Translations under genes and position numbers: made by a program
Virus record (IMG/VR): IMGVR_UViG_3300003465_000006
Coordinates: 1-57,547 of that record
Source: a virus
Lineage: Duplodnaviria > Caudoviricetes
Strand: one strand, 5' to 3'
Length of the DNA: 57,547 nucleotides
The notes under the pieces: model-generated
The model's input: the letters and a program-made list of their open reading frames with translations, nothing else
Databases searched by the model: none
Told to the model about the DNA's origin: nothing
Part shown: positions 45,271-54,465 of the stretch, one piece after another
Numbering within the stretch: the first letter of the stretch is position 1
Layout: each line of letters begins with the position of its first letter

Positions 45271-45858
45271 ATGCGAAAAGCACTGATTATCGCGTCGGTC
45301 ATCGTTCTAATTTTCACCTCGGTCATGTGGATCACTGCCGAGAACAAACTCGATGATATGACCTCCGAGAAAGGCAAGCTTCAAACAGACTACATCATTC
45401 TCAAGGGTACACAGACAGCAACGAAACAGTCCTTGAAAAATACCTCCAAGGCGTACGTTGAGTCACAGCAGAGAATTGCTGAGCTAGAACGCCTGCATAC
45501 CGAACAACAGAACAGAGTTTCAGAGCTTGAGAAGAAGCTACAGACAGAGAAAGCCAAACAGACGGCCTCGAGAAGCTCGACACGACAAAGAACGACGGTT
45601 GCTGCCTCTGCAAGTAGCGGGAATTCAGACTTTTGGAGACGACTGGCTAACTGCGAGTGTGCCTCTGGCCACTGCGGTGGACCCTACGTCGGGTATTTCC
45701 AGTTCTCCAGAGACACAGCAGCAAAAGTCGGGATCGATGGGTCAGAGTCTTACGAAGAGCAGAGAGCTGCTGCTCAAGCGTGGGCTCAACGCATCCATCC
45801 ACGAGAAGGAACCAGCTCCGGATGGCCCGTATGCTGGTGGAAAGCGCAAGGAGCATAA
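45271..45858 (+). CDS. Membrane-anchored coiled-coil protein with C-terminal Rpf/lytic transglycosylase-like domain
   Basis: N-terminal TM, coiled coil, then FWRRLANCE...GYFQFS..T...EEQ..AA....GWPVC. Confidence 0.75.
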   Translation: MRKALIIASVIVLIFTSVMWITAENKLDDMTSEKGKLQTDYIILKGTQTATKQSLKNTSKAYVESQQRIAELERLHTEQQNRVSELEKKLQTEKAKQTASRSSTRQRTTVAASASSGNSDFWRRLANCECASGHCGGPYVGYFQFSRDTAAKVGIDGSESYEEQRAAAQAWAQRIHPREGTSSGWPVCWWKAQGA

Positions 45859-46732
45859 TGGCAGAAACAGCATTGCTCGTCTGGATCGAAGGTGGTCCGA
45901 CAAGCGGGAGCCTTCCATCGGTCATCGGCCCATTTCCAAACGCTGAAGTGGCCGTTGCGTTTTCGAAGGCGTTTCTTGATGGAAATGTCGAGACGACGCG
46001 GATGACGCAATTGTCTACGCCTCAGGACGCCGCAAAATCGATGAACCAACTGGTGCCTCACTGATGTGGGTCTATTGCACATCGAAGAACAAAGGTCCTT
46101 CTTGGAATGACGATCCGGTACGAATGATGTATGTTGGTACATCTGTGAAGGACGCAGAAGCCGCTGTTGGTGATTTCTCCAAGTATCAGAAGGACGAGAA
46201 AGACTTCCCCAAGAATTACCCCGAGTTGTATTCGGCTCTACCTCTCGACTTTGAGAGGGAGATGATCCAGTTCTACATGGCCGATGGCTGGTGGTACTCG
46301 ATCGAGCGATTCCAATTCAAAACAGATAATGAGGAGGAAGCTAATGTCACATAACTTCAACAAGACGGAGAAGGTCGTCACAGGACTGCTGGCGGCAATC
46401 CTATTCTTCATCCTAATCCAGACCGTCCGCTATCTCAAGAAGGATTAGTGAAGAGAATCACCGTTTCGCCTCAAGCCTATCGAAGGGTAATTGCTTTTAC
46501 ATGGTTCATGCAAGGCGCTAGCTTTGGTATGGTCCTCACGTCGTTTCTGCTTGAGAAGCAGCGGAAGGCATTCAACGACAAAATCACCAAACGGCACACT
46601 CTGATTGTCGATGCCTACGATCAGATCCAGAAGATTGGTCATGACGTCACTCTTTCTGGCGAAGAGCGTGAGAAGAAGATGAACGAGATCGTGGACTTCA
46701 TCCGAGTCATCTCGAGTCAGGATTTGATGTGA
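45858..46732 (+). other. Small hypothetical genes: 45858-46064, 46064-46354, 46448-46732
   Basis: TAATG and TGATG coupling; RBSs. Confidence 0.65.
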
Positions 46733-46899
46733 TGTTTCATCGGCACGATTGGTCCGCCTGGGAAACCGAGCTTCGTCCATTCACAGAAGTCTACGAACGA
46801 GAAGATCACAGCTTCACTAAAACATTCGACATTATCTTCAATGTTCGTAAATGCTCTGACTGCGGTCTCGTCCAAGAGAAAAAAGCCCAATAGAGTACC

Positions 46900-46972
46900 G
46901 CCTCCATAGCTCAGTTGGTAGAGCAGCGGACTTTTAATCCGACGGTCGTGGGTTCGAATCCCTCTGGGGGCA
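46900..46972 (+). tRNA. tRNA-Lys(UUU), no encoded CCA
   Basis: Acceptor GCCTCCA/TGGGGGC, D arm GCTC-AGTTGGTA-GAGC, anticodon loop CTTTTAA, T loop TTCGAAT. Confidence 0.92.
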
Positions 46973-47294
46973 CTGTACTATCCGGCGGCAATACGACTGG
47001 GGGGTAGTTGAACAGCATTTCTTACTGCAATCCTTGTGGAGACAAAAAGCACTGGCCAAGGAAAATAGAGAAAAAACATGGAACTTGCTCGGTGTGTGGT
47101 AAAGAAACAATGGTGAACGAATCCCCAAGCAGTGTTCTGTACGTACCAAAGCACGTTTCACCAAATCAACTACAATTCTTCGGGATGCTCTTTTAATGAG
47201 GAGAATAATACGTAAAATCATCCATCTAATCGAAAGGTTCTTAGAGATCATTCTTACAGGAGAATCCTTCAAAGCTCAATAGAGCGGGGCGATA

Positions 47295-47609
47295 ATGACA
47301 AACGATATACTTCATGGGGTTCCTAACTCACATCGAAACGTCGCACGTGGTCGTTTCGGTCTGACGAGCGGACAATTCTTCGCCGAGTACGCACACAAGA
47401 ATCTCTGGTTGGTTCTTGACGGAGTCACGATCGGCTTCGGAGACTTGAGGGATTCAGATATCGAGCGGGTCCAGAAAGAACTCCAGGACGGCGAAGTGTT
47501 CATCGGCTGGCATGAGAGCCATGAAACTCAATTCCAGCAGACGAAGGACCCGATCGTCCGTATCACAAAGAACTCCATCACGTATCCGCACAGAGACTCG
47601 AGGTCCTGA
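47295..47609 (+). CDS. Hypothetical protein
   Basis: 104-aa ORF. Confidence 0.65.
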   Translation: MTNDILHGVPNSHRNVARGRFGLTSGQFFAEYAHKNLWLVLDGVTIGFGDLRDSDIERVQKELQDGEVFIGWHESHETQFQQTKDPIVRITKNSITYPHRDSRS

Positions 47610-47837
47610 ATGGCTACTATAATCGAAGGCGCTTTGTGGACACTCACTGAAGCAGCCGCAAAGCATCTTGTGGAAGAAGGCATCATCTATCGGTGCGAAC
47701 ATGAGCACACAGACGATGTCCTCTTGAAGGCGGATGAGCAGATTTACCACCTTCGACACGACCTGTCATCTGAGGTTGGATACTCGAATCTGCACATCTA
47801 CATCTCTGATGCAGAGAAAGCGGTAGAACATTCTTGA
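47610..47837 (+). CDS. Hypothetical protein
   Basis: Abuts the previous stop. Confidence 0.65.
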   Translation: MATIIEGALWTLTEAAAKHLVEEGIIYRCEHEHTDDVLLKADEQIYHLRHDLSSEVGYSNLHIYISDAEKAVEHS

Positions 47838-47956
47838 CCAGCTGACGAGTTGGTCATACGCCGAGTCAAGCTCGGGCGCCGTACAAGACGGGACGGTTAG
47901 CCACTCGGATAGAGTGAGGGAAATGCTGATACAAGACCTCATTCACCACGGTAGGT

Positions 47957-47983
47957 CGCAAGATATACACCTAGTATAACGAG
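47957..47983 (+). promoter_or_regulatory. Phage promoter motif, variant
   Basis: CGCAAGATATACA-cctag-TATAAC-GAG. Confidence 0.7.
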
Positions 47984-48006
47984 AGACCACTACCGAAAGG
48001 TTTGTA

Positions 48007-48201
48007 ATGGATCGAAAGGACATCGCCATTGCAGGACTGTCTCTGGTCGTCGTCGGCTTATTCGTCGAATACAATCGACTCGTACAAGATTTCAAATCGC
48101 TGTACGATGAGAAGGTGCAAAACGAAAAAGTCGTAGACGCAGCTAAGAAGATAGTCACTGAGGTGACATTCCAGGAGATTGTCGAGAACTTCGACGAGTG
48201 A
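48007..48201 (+). CDS. 64-aa N-terminal TM cassette protein
   Basis: Ends IVENFDE; terminator at 48207-48242. Confidence 0.75.
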   Translation: MDRKDIAIAGLSLVVVGLFVEYNRLVQDFKSLYDEKVQNEKVVDAAKKIVTEVTFQEIVENFDE

Positions 48202-48245
48202 TCTCGAAAGGAGAGAGCCCGAAACAGGGCTTTCTCTTTTTTATA

Positions 48246-48272
48246 CGCAGAATTTACACCTACCGTAATGAG
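48246..48272 (+). promoter_or_regulatory. Phage promoter motif, variant
   Basis: CGCAGAATTTACA-cctac-CGTAAT-GAG. Confidence 0.7.
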
Positions 48273-48295
48273 GAGACCACTACGAAAGGTTTGTA

Positions 48296-48493
48296 ATGGA
48301 CAAGGACGAGAAGATCGCCTTTGGTATCATGGCAGCAGTCATCGTTGTTCAGGGCATCACGCTTCGGCGGGTTCGAAAGAGCCACAACCGAGTCGTTGAC
48401 GCCATCAACAACCACGCAGGACTGCTGAACGTGTTCTACCAACAGGAGATCGACAAGATGTTCACAAACATTGTCGAACACTTCGACGAGTGA
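48296..48493 (+). CDS. 65-aa N-terminal TM cassette protein (paralog of 48007)
   Basis: Ends IVEHFDE; terminator at 48497-48531. Confidence 0.75.
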   Translation: MDKDEKIAFGIMAAVIVVQGITLRRVRKSHNRVVDAINNHAGLLNVFYQQEIDKMFTNIVEHFDE

Positions 48494-48558
48494 TCCGAAA
48501 GGGGAAGCCGAATACGCGGCTTCTCTTTTTTCATACCTATACCCTGAAAGGGCTATTA

Positions 48559-49023
48559 ATGAGTGAGCTGTCTTTAGGGCAGATAATCGAACAAAAACGT
48601 GAAGCGGCGTTTCTTACTCGTAAAGAGCTCTGTAACAAAGTAGGTGTTTCTGGGGAAGCCATTCGTTTGATCGAGAAGGGACAACGAAACCCAAGCCGGC
48701 ACACTCTTAAGCGCTTGGCTGCCATTCTGGATTTCTCGATAGATGGATTCTCTGTGTCAAAACTCTCGAGAGGAAGAGGGCATAACGAGGTTGATATGAG
48801 CGATATCATTTCTCTTATGGACGACGTGCTTCTAGATTTGTCGGAGACAAAGGGACCGAAGCTCGATGAGAAGAAACTTCGAAAGCTTCCTCCGTGGAGA
48901 GCCTACATGATTGCAATCGTCGCAAATCGATGTGGAGCGTTTCCCGACGAGAGGCTCGAGATCCTTCGTCGAGAATGCATGGAAAAGGGCGGAGATAGAA
49001 AACTATCAGAAGAGGTAGAATGA
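48559..49023 (+). CDS. XRE-family HTH DNA-binding protein
   Basis: LGQII..KRE...LTRKEL...VGVS...I..IEKGQRNPS...L..LA..L. Confidence 0.85.
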   Translation: MSELSLGQIIEQKREAAFLTRKELCNKVGVSGEAIRLIEKGQRNPSRHTLKRLAAILDFSIDGFSVSKLSRGRGHNEVDMSDIISLMDDVLLDLSETKGPKLDEKKLRKLPPWRAYMIAIVANRCGAFPDERLEILRRECMEKGGDRKLSEEVE

Positions 49024-49745
49024 CACAATGCGCTAGATGTCCTCGAACAGAATCTATCAAGTGGTGGAAGTGCTGTCCTGAGCACGTCTCAGAGCAGGGT
49101 GACGATGTCTTGTGCAGCTGGTGCGCAGTGGAGCTCCATCCTAACTGGACCGAGGTGAGGGAGAGTCTGTTCATGCAGAAGATGATGGTGCAGGTGGCTC
49201 CGTGGCCGGAGGAGCTATTCAAGGCGGTGAACGAACTTCAGCCGACAGCCGGTTTGACTGGATGGAAGATCTGGCTCGACGAAGAGGATCGTGGACAAGG
49301 CTGCCACGGCCTGACACTGAACATCGCCCCGAACAACTCGGATTCTTATCATCCAGAGAAGCCTCTGAACACCAGATTTCTCTATCCTGTTCCTGCGGCG
49401 GCATTCAATCGGGACAGCTGGGAGGAGTGGCTCTGGGCGAGGATCGAGGAGACCGAGGGACACGAGAGAGCCGAAGGTTTCCGCTTCGTGGCTCCGGACG
49501 GGACCGAGCGTAGGCCGTTCAAGCCGCTCCATGCAGACGGCTTCGACCCTGGTGTTATCCGTCGTCTTGTGAGTGAGTCTGACGCGCTTATCCCGAATGC
49601 TGGACGTGTCGTGACGTTTCCCTGCAAGGCGTGCACGCATTACCACAACGGTAAGATGGGTGAGGGCTTCAGGATCGCCGAAGATCGTGGATGCCTCGAT
49701 CCTGCCTGTCAGTGTGGCAAAGTCAATCCGCTTCCTATCCAGTGA
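49020..49745 (+). CDS. Cys-rich hypothetical protein
   Basis: ATGA overlap; CxxC motifs near both ends. Confidence 0.7.
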   Translation: MTQCARCPRTESIKWWKCCPEHVSEQGDDVLCSWCAVELHPNWTEVRESLFMQKMMVQVAPWPEELFKAVNELQPTAGLTGWKIWLDEEDRGQGCHGLTLNIAPNNSDSYHPEKPLNTRFLYPVPAAAFNRDSWEEWLWARIEETEGHERAEGFRFVAPDGTERRPFKPLHADGFDPGVIRRLVSESDALIPNAGRVVTFPCKACTHYHNGKMGEGFRIAEDRGCLDPACQCGKVNPLPIQ

Positions 49746-49751
49746 GGAATA

Positions 49752-50119
49752 ATGACTGAGTATGAGCTGATGTCAAGGGCGGGTAGAATCATCGGTAAAA
49801 TCCTTGTAGAGGACGACACATTGACAAATGCCATCATGGATGAGGACGAGATTCAGCTGGGCGGCTTGTTCATAAAGTCCACAAGAGAATTCGGTTACTT
49901 CGTGATTCTCAACAAGACGAAGGGGGATCGGTGAAGCGGTATCCAATCACTCTTGGGTACGATCCGAAAGTAATCGGGACGGTGCTGCTTCTCGACGACG
50001 CGGTCCCTGATGCCATCGTGGCCGGGACGAAGATCATTCTTGGTGGATGTTGGAAGGGCGAGAACAAAGAGTTCCTTGGTTTTGAGCTACTGATCGAGCC
50101 GGCGGAGGAGGCCAAATGA
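49752..50119 (+). other. Two small hypothetical genes (49752-49934, 49931-50119)
   Basis: RBSs and overlapping start/stop. Confidence 0.6.
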
Positions 50120-50355
50120 GCACGATCCTGGACGACAGGACAGAGATACAAGAGGGGGTGGACGAGCCACTTCAAGCACACATCGTCTGGCCGAAACACA
50201 AGGTGACAGAGGCGTACATCCTCGGTATTCCTGTGGCGGCCTTGTGTGGGCATATGTTCGTGCCGTCCCGTGACCCGAAGAACCGACCGGTGTGTCAATC
50301 GTGTCTGAAGATCTTCAAAGCGCTTGGTAACAAGGAAGGATCCTGGAGTGGGTAG
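50116..50355 (+). CDS. DUF3039-like protein (actinobacterial family)
   Basis: HIV...K.TEA...G.PV.ALCG..FVPSRDP...PVC..C..IF. Confidence 0.75.
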   Translation: MSTILDDRTEIQEGVDEPLQAHIVWPKHKVTEAYILGIPVAALCGHMFVPSRDPKNRPVCQSCLKIFKALGNKEGSWSG

Positions 50356-50512
50356 AGAAGATGGTTGGCCTGAGTATTGCACATTGATAGGATGCACGGC
50401 TCCGTACGAGAGGCCGCATCATCACCATTTCGTGCGCGGACATCTGTCTGTCTTCCACTGTACGTGTGGAAACATCGATCAACCTGGTACTCGTCCTAGA
50501 GATGAGTCTTGA

Positions 50513-51009
50513 GTGGCGATGTGGCCTAGAGATGTCTCTGGTGGTCCGTATGAAGTTGTAGATGGCTTCATAGTGCCGGAAGAGAAAACAGTGAATCTTT
50601 CTTGTACGACATGTAAGTTCAACGAGCCTGTGATAGGAAAAGACGAGGAGCACATCGAGGACGTACCCATCATCATTTGTCGTCGAAATCCACCTCAGCT
50701 GGTTGAGGACGGCAAGACATATTGGCCTGTTGTTACAGAAAGTGATTGGTGCGGAGAATGGACGGCTTCGAAATAATCGAGCTTTCTTACACAAAGAAAG
50801 TATTCGATCCGACGTTTTCGGCAAGAGTCGAACACGCGTTAAACGTCGTGAAAAAGAACGGAGGTTTTGGTACTCTGAACGGGAGAGACGAGACTTTGGT
50901 GATAGTCGGAGCCATGGTCGGTCTTGTTCTAGCAGACATCGATCCTGTGACGGGAGAGCTAAGTAATGGAGTTGATGGATCACCAGCTCGAAGCGATCGA
51001 AAACCTTGA
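50513..51009 (+). other. Two small hypothetical genes (50513-50776 Cys-rich; about 50758-51009)
   Basis: C..C...C.R.PP...WP....DWCGEW pattern; packing. Confidence 0.6.
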
Positions 51010-52189
51010 CAGCGGTAAGGTCTTGTGGGGCGGAGTCGGAGTAGGCAAGTCGGCGGCTGTCCTCGGCTACTACATGAAAAAGGAGGCTCCACGTGACATC
51101 TACGTCATCACGACCGCCAAGAAGCGCGACTCCCTTGACTGGGAGCGAGAGGCTGTGCATTTTGGAATCGGTACACAAGAAGGCGCAACTGTTGCCGGGG
51201 TGCTACATGTCGATTCATGGAACAACATCGGAAACTACATCGGCGTTACAGATGCTTTCTTCATCTTTGACGAGCAGAGAGTCGTAGGGTATGGCGCATG
51301 GGTAAAAAACTTCCTAAAGATCGCCAAGAAGAACCGATGGGTCCTGCTTAGTGCGACGCCTGGCGACACTTGGATGGACTATGCCCCCGTGTTTATTGCG
51401 AATGGCTTCTACAAGAACATAACGGACTTCCGCCTGAAGCATGTTGTCTACGAGCCGCGAGCGAAATTCCCAAAGATCCGGATGTATCTGGGGGAGCGCA
51501 AGTTGGAGATTCTCCGTAACGACATCCTGGTCGAGATGCCATACGTCCGGACAACCGAGAGAGCGTTGAACTGGCTGGATGTCGGATACAACGTAGACCA
51601 ATTCAAGAAAATTTATCTCGATCGCTGGAATCTCTTCGAGGACAAGCCTGTAAAGGACGCTGCCGAGATGTGGCGTCTCATGCGTCGCTGCGTCAACAGC
51701 CATCCAAGTCGTCTGGACATGATTCGCAACCTTCTGATGCGCTGTCATGACCGGTTGATAGTATTCTACAACTTCGACTACGAGCTGGAACTGCTAAGGA
51801 CACTGGGCGACATGGTGCCGATTGCGGAGTGGAACGGGCACCGTAAGCAGCCGATCCCGAATACCGACAAATGGGTGTATCTGGTACAATACGTGTCAGG
51901 CGCCGAGGGCTGGAACTGCACGGATACGGATGCGATGGTGCTCTATTCGCTGACGTACTCGTATAAGAACTTCGAGCAAGTCCAAGGGCGAATTGACCGA
52001 TTGAATACCGAATATACCATTCTTTACTACTACATTCTTGTGTCAAATTCTGTGGTCGACCGAGCGATAAGAAATTCTCTGAGGCAAAAAAAGACCTTCA
52101 ACGAGCGTCGATGGCTGCTCGAGCACGAGAAGTTTGGGGACGTTGGGGTGGAGATTTTGGAGGCCCAAGAGAGAAGTGCTGAGATTTGA
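50966..52189 (+). CDS. SF2 DNA helicase
   Basis: HQ, GVGVGKS, FDEQR, SATPGD, AEGWN, Q.QGRIDR motifs. Confidence 0.88.
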   Translation: MELMDHQLEAIENLDSGKVLWGGVGVGKSAAVLGYYMKKEAPRDIYVITTAKKRDSLDWEREAVHFGIGTQEGATVAGVLHVDSWNNIGNYIGVTDAFFIFDEQRVVGYGAWVKNFLKIAKKNRWVLLSATPGDTWMDYAPVFIANGFYKNITDFRLKHVVYEPRAKFPKIRMYLGERKLEILRNDILVEMPYVRTTERALNWLDVGYNVDQFKKIYLDRWNLFEDKPVKDAAEMWRLMRRCVNSHPSRLDMIRNLLMRCHDRLIVFYNFDYELELLRTLGDMVPIAEWNGHRKQPIPNTDKWVYLVQYVSGAEGWNCTDTDAMVLYSLTYSYKNFEQVQGRIDRLNTEYTILYYYILVSNSVVDRAIRNSLRQKKTFNERRWLLEHEKFGDVGVEILEAQERSAEI

Positions 52190-52278
52190 CACACTGGTGT
52201 GGTGGGTGAGTTGGGAAAATCGGGGTATTCTAAGGGGTACAAAAGGTTACTTACGATGAATTTCATTACATCTCATCG

Positions 52279-52422
52279 GTGTGTCAAATTTCAAGAATTT
52301 CGACGAAAAAAGACTTTATATATTATCTATCTCCATACTCTCATAATGTATGTAGTGAGAGTATGGATATAGCAAATCTATATAAGAAACTTTTTCCTCA
52401 AAATCTTGGATTTTTGACACAC
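52279..52422. repeat. 144-bp AT-rich imperfect palindrome with flanking TTTGACACA repeats; candidate replication origin
   Basis: Arms GTGTGTCAAA...TCCATACTCTCA / TGAGAGTATGGA...TTTGACACAC; additional TTTGACACA at 52185 and 52425. Confidence 0.7.
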
Positions 52423-52442
52423 TTTTTGACACAGGAGTTTTT

Positions 52443-52829
52443 ATGACACAAGAAATATGGAAAAATATTGAAGATGCTCCAAATTACATGATAAGTAACT
52501 TTGGGAAAGTCAAAAACATCAAAACTGGAAGAATACTAAAAAATTCTGTAGATAAGTATGGTTATCTAAAAGTTTCTTTGATGCAAGGTAATAAGATGTT
52601 ACAGAAACGAGTTCACAGATTGGTGGCTAAAGCTTTTGTCAATGGTGAGGCGCCAGATCTTATTGTGAATCATAAAGATGGTAACAAGTTGAATCCACAC
52701 TTTTTGAATCTTGAGTGGATTACGCATGCTGAAAACATGGCTCATGCGGTGGAGAAAGGTTTAATAAGAAAACTTCGTAGATGGGAAGTAACAAAAAGTG
52801 GAAAGATGAAACTCGTAGAAAGAGGATAG
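52443..52829 (+). CDS. NUMOD4-HNH homing endonuclease
   Basis: EIWK.I....Y.ISNFG.V, GYL.V.L, VHRLVA.AF, VNHKDGNK.N....NLEW.T..EN..HA; AT-rich. Confidence 0.9.
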   Translation: MTQEIWKNIEDAPNYMISNFGKVKNIKTGRILKNSVDKYGYLKVSLMQGNKMLQKRVHRLVAKAFVNGEAPDLIVNHKDGNKLNPHFLNLEWITHAENMAHAVEKGLIRKLRRWEVTKSGKMKLVERG

Positions 52830-52831
52830 AA

Positions 52832-53002
52832 ATGCCTACTCGATTCTTCAACCCGTTCAATCCTGGTATGCCGACAGTTGAAGGTACACGCCAGAGAGAC
52901 AAGAGTCGAAATAAGCCGGAGTTCAACAAGAAGGCGAAAGTTCGTCGTGAGAAGGCGAAGGCGGCCAAGGGGGCTAGGAAGAAGAACAGGAAGAACAGAT
53001 GA
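52832..53002 (+). CDS. Highly basic small protein
   Basis: AGAGG RBS before ATG; Lys/Arg-rich. Confidence 0.55.
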   Translation: MPTRFFNPFNPGMPTVEGTRQRDKSRNKPEFNKKAKVRREKAKAAKGARKKNRKNR

Positions 53003-53523
53003 CTACACAACTCTTAACTGAGCAGTGGAAGATCATCCCGGATTTCCCGAACTACGAGATTTCTAGTTTTGGTCGTATCTACAATCGTAAGCACGATCTT
53101 ATGATGTCGTCCAATCCGAACAATTTTGGTCACATCAAGATCTCACTACTATCGGGAGAGGACCGTTGTCGCTACACTCGTTCTGTGGCCCTTATGGTGG
53201 CTGAAGCGTTCGTTCCGGTACCGAACTCAGAAAGTGACTCTCTTGTTGTCCTGGATGGAAATTTCGAGAATGTAGCGGCTTACAACCTCGCTTGGCGTCC
53301 CAAGAGTTTCGCTTGGCGTTACACAAGGCAGCTCAAAGAAGAACAACCGATTCACTATCTGAATCTCTCAGTTGTCAATGTGTTGGAGAATGTCGAGTTC
53401 GAGTCTATCGTACAAGCTGGGATAGCTGAGGGACTTTTGTTTGATGACATCTGGCGTTCCACCTACACAAAAGAACCGGTTTATCCGACTGGTTCGATTT
53501 TTGAAGTCATCGGAGAATGTTGA
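52999..53523 (+). CDS. NUMOD4 protein with degenerate HNH region
   Basis: WK.IP.FPNYEISSFGR; VVLDGN.EN....NL.W lacks the catalytic His. Confidence 0.75.
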   Translation: MTTQLLTEQWKIIPDFPNYEISSFGRIYNRKHDLMMSSNPNNFGHIKISLLSGEDRCRYTRSVALMVAEAFVPVPNSESDSLVVLDGNFENVAAYNLAWRPKSFAWRYTRQLKEEQPIHYLNLSVVNVLENVEFESIVQAGIAEGLLFDDIWRSTYTKEPVYPTGSIFEVIGEC

Positions 53524-53552
53524 GAGGAGAAATCTTTTTGAGAGTATGATAC

Positions 53553-53579
53553 CGCAGAAAAAACATGTACTATAATGAG
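53553..53579 (+). promoter_or_regulatory. Phage promoter motif (A-rich variant)
   Basis: CGCAGAAAAAACA-tgtac-TATAAT-GAG; followed by a short hairpin and T tract. Confidence 0.7.
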
Positions 53580-53645
53580 GGAGAGTCGCTAGCCGACCCA
53601 TCTCTTAATTTTTTTCGCCCGACAAACGTCATGAAAGGGGGTGTC

Positions 53646-53942
53646 ATGAATGAGTCGACCTTTCAGCGTAACATCGTGAAGAAGCTCGAGAGCCTTTTCC
53701 CTGGCTGTTTCGTTCTTAGAACGGATCCAATAACCAATCAGGGAATCCCGGACGTGCTCTTGTTGTTCAAGAACAAGTGGGCCATGTTGGAGTTCAAGCG
53801 GTCAGCGAAAGCTTCCGTGAGACCCAACCAGAAGCACTATGTCGATTTGTTCAACAAGATGTCTTTCGCCTCCTTTATTCATCCCGGGAACGAGGAAAAG
53901 GTGCTTCGTGAACTTCAATCAACATTCGGAACTAGCGGGTAG
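53646..53942 (+). CDS. VRR-NUC nuclease
   Basis: ES.FQ..I, GIPD, LEFK, RPNQ motifs. Confidence 0.85.
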   Translation: MNESTFQRNIVKKLESLFPGCFVLRTDPITNQGIPDVLLLFKNKWAMLEFKRSAKASVRPNQKHYVDLFNKMSFASFIHPGNEEKVLRELQSTFGTSG

Positions 53943-54465
53943 ACACGCCTTTCTTAGCCCAAGCAACTATCACTGGTTGAATTATGATGACCAGAAACTT
54001 GAGGCCCGCTATTTCTCCATGATGGCCGCTCGTCGTGGAAGCGATCTACACAACCTTGCTCATGAGGCAATTCGTCTTGGTGTCAAACTCGCCAGATCCA
54101 ATCAGGCGCTTTCGACATACGTCAACGACGCCATTGGCTACAAGATGGTCTGTGAGCAGAGCTTGTATTATTCCGACAACTGTTTCGGAACCGCAGACAC
54201 TATTTCCTTCAGAAGGAATAAACTTCGCATTCACGATTTGAAGACTGGCCTCACAGCTACTTCAATGAAGCAACTCGAGGTCTATGCTGCGCTGTTCTGT
54301 CTTGAATATGCTATGAGTCCATTCGAGATTGACATCGAACTTCGCATTTATCAAAGAGACGAGATAATGGTGTACGAACCGAAGCCAGATATAATTGTTG
54401 GAATCATGGAAGTCATCGTCGAATTCGACAAGCAGATCGAGGCGATAAAGGAGGCCCAGTGGTAG
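53908..54465 (+). CDS. PD-(D/E)XK / Cas4-like exonuclease
   Basis: HA.LSPS, G..LH, EQ, GTAD, IHDLKTG, QL.VYA. Confidence 0.8.
   Translation: MNFNQHSELAGRHAFLSPSNYHWLNYDDQKLEARYFSMMAARRGSDLHNLAHEAIRLGVKLARSNQALSTYVNDAIGYKMVCEQSLYYSDNCFGTADTISFRRNKLRIHDLKTGLTATSMKQLEVYAALFCLEYAMSPFEIDIELRIYQRDEIMVYEPKPDIIVGIMEVIVEFDKQIEAIKEAQW

Noticed and set aside
48559-49023. XRE protein as lysogeny repressor
   Set aside because: No integrase, parAB or divergent immunity cassette is visible.
52190-52830. Group I intron around the HNH gene
   Set aside because: The helicase ORF is complete upstream and no split gene flanks the HNH; it appears free-standing.
53908-54465. Cas4-like nuclease as adaptation module of the RAMP system
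   Set aside because: It lies 9 kb away in the replication/recombination cluster, and such nucleases are common in phages.
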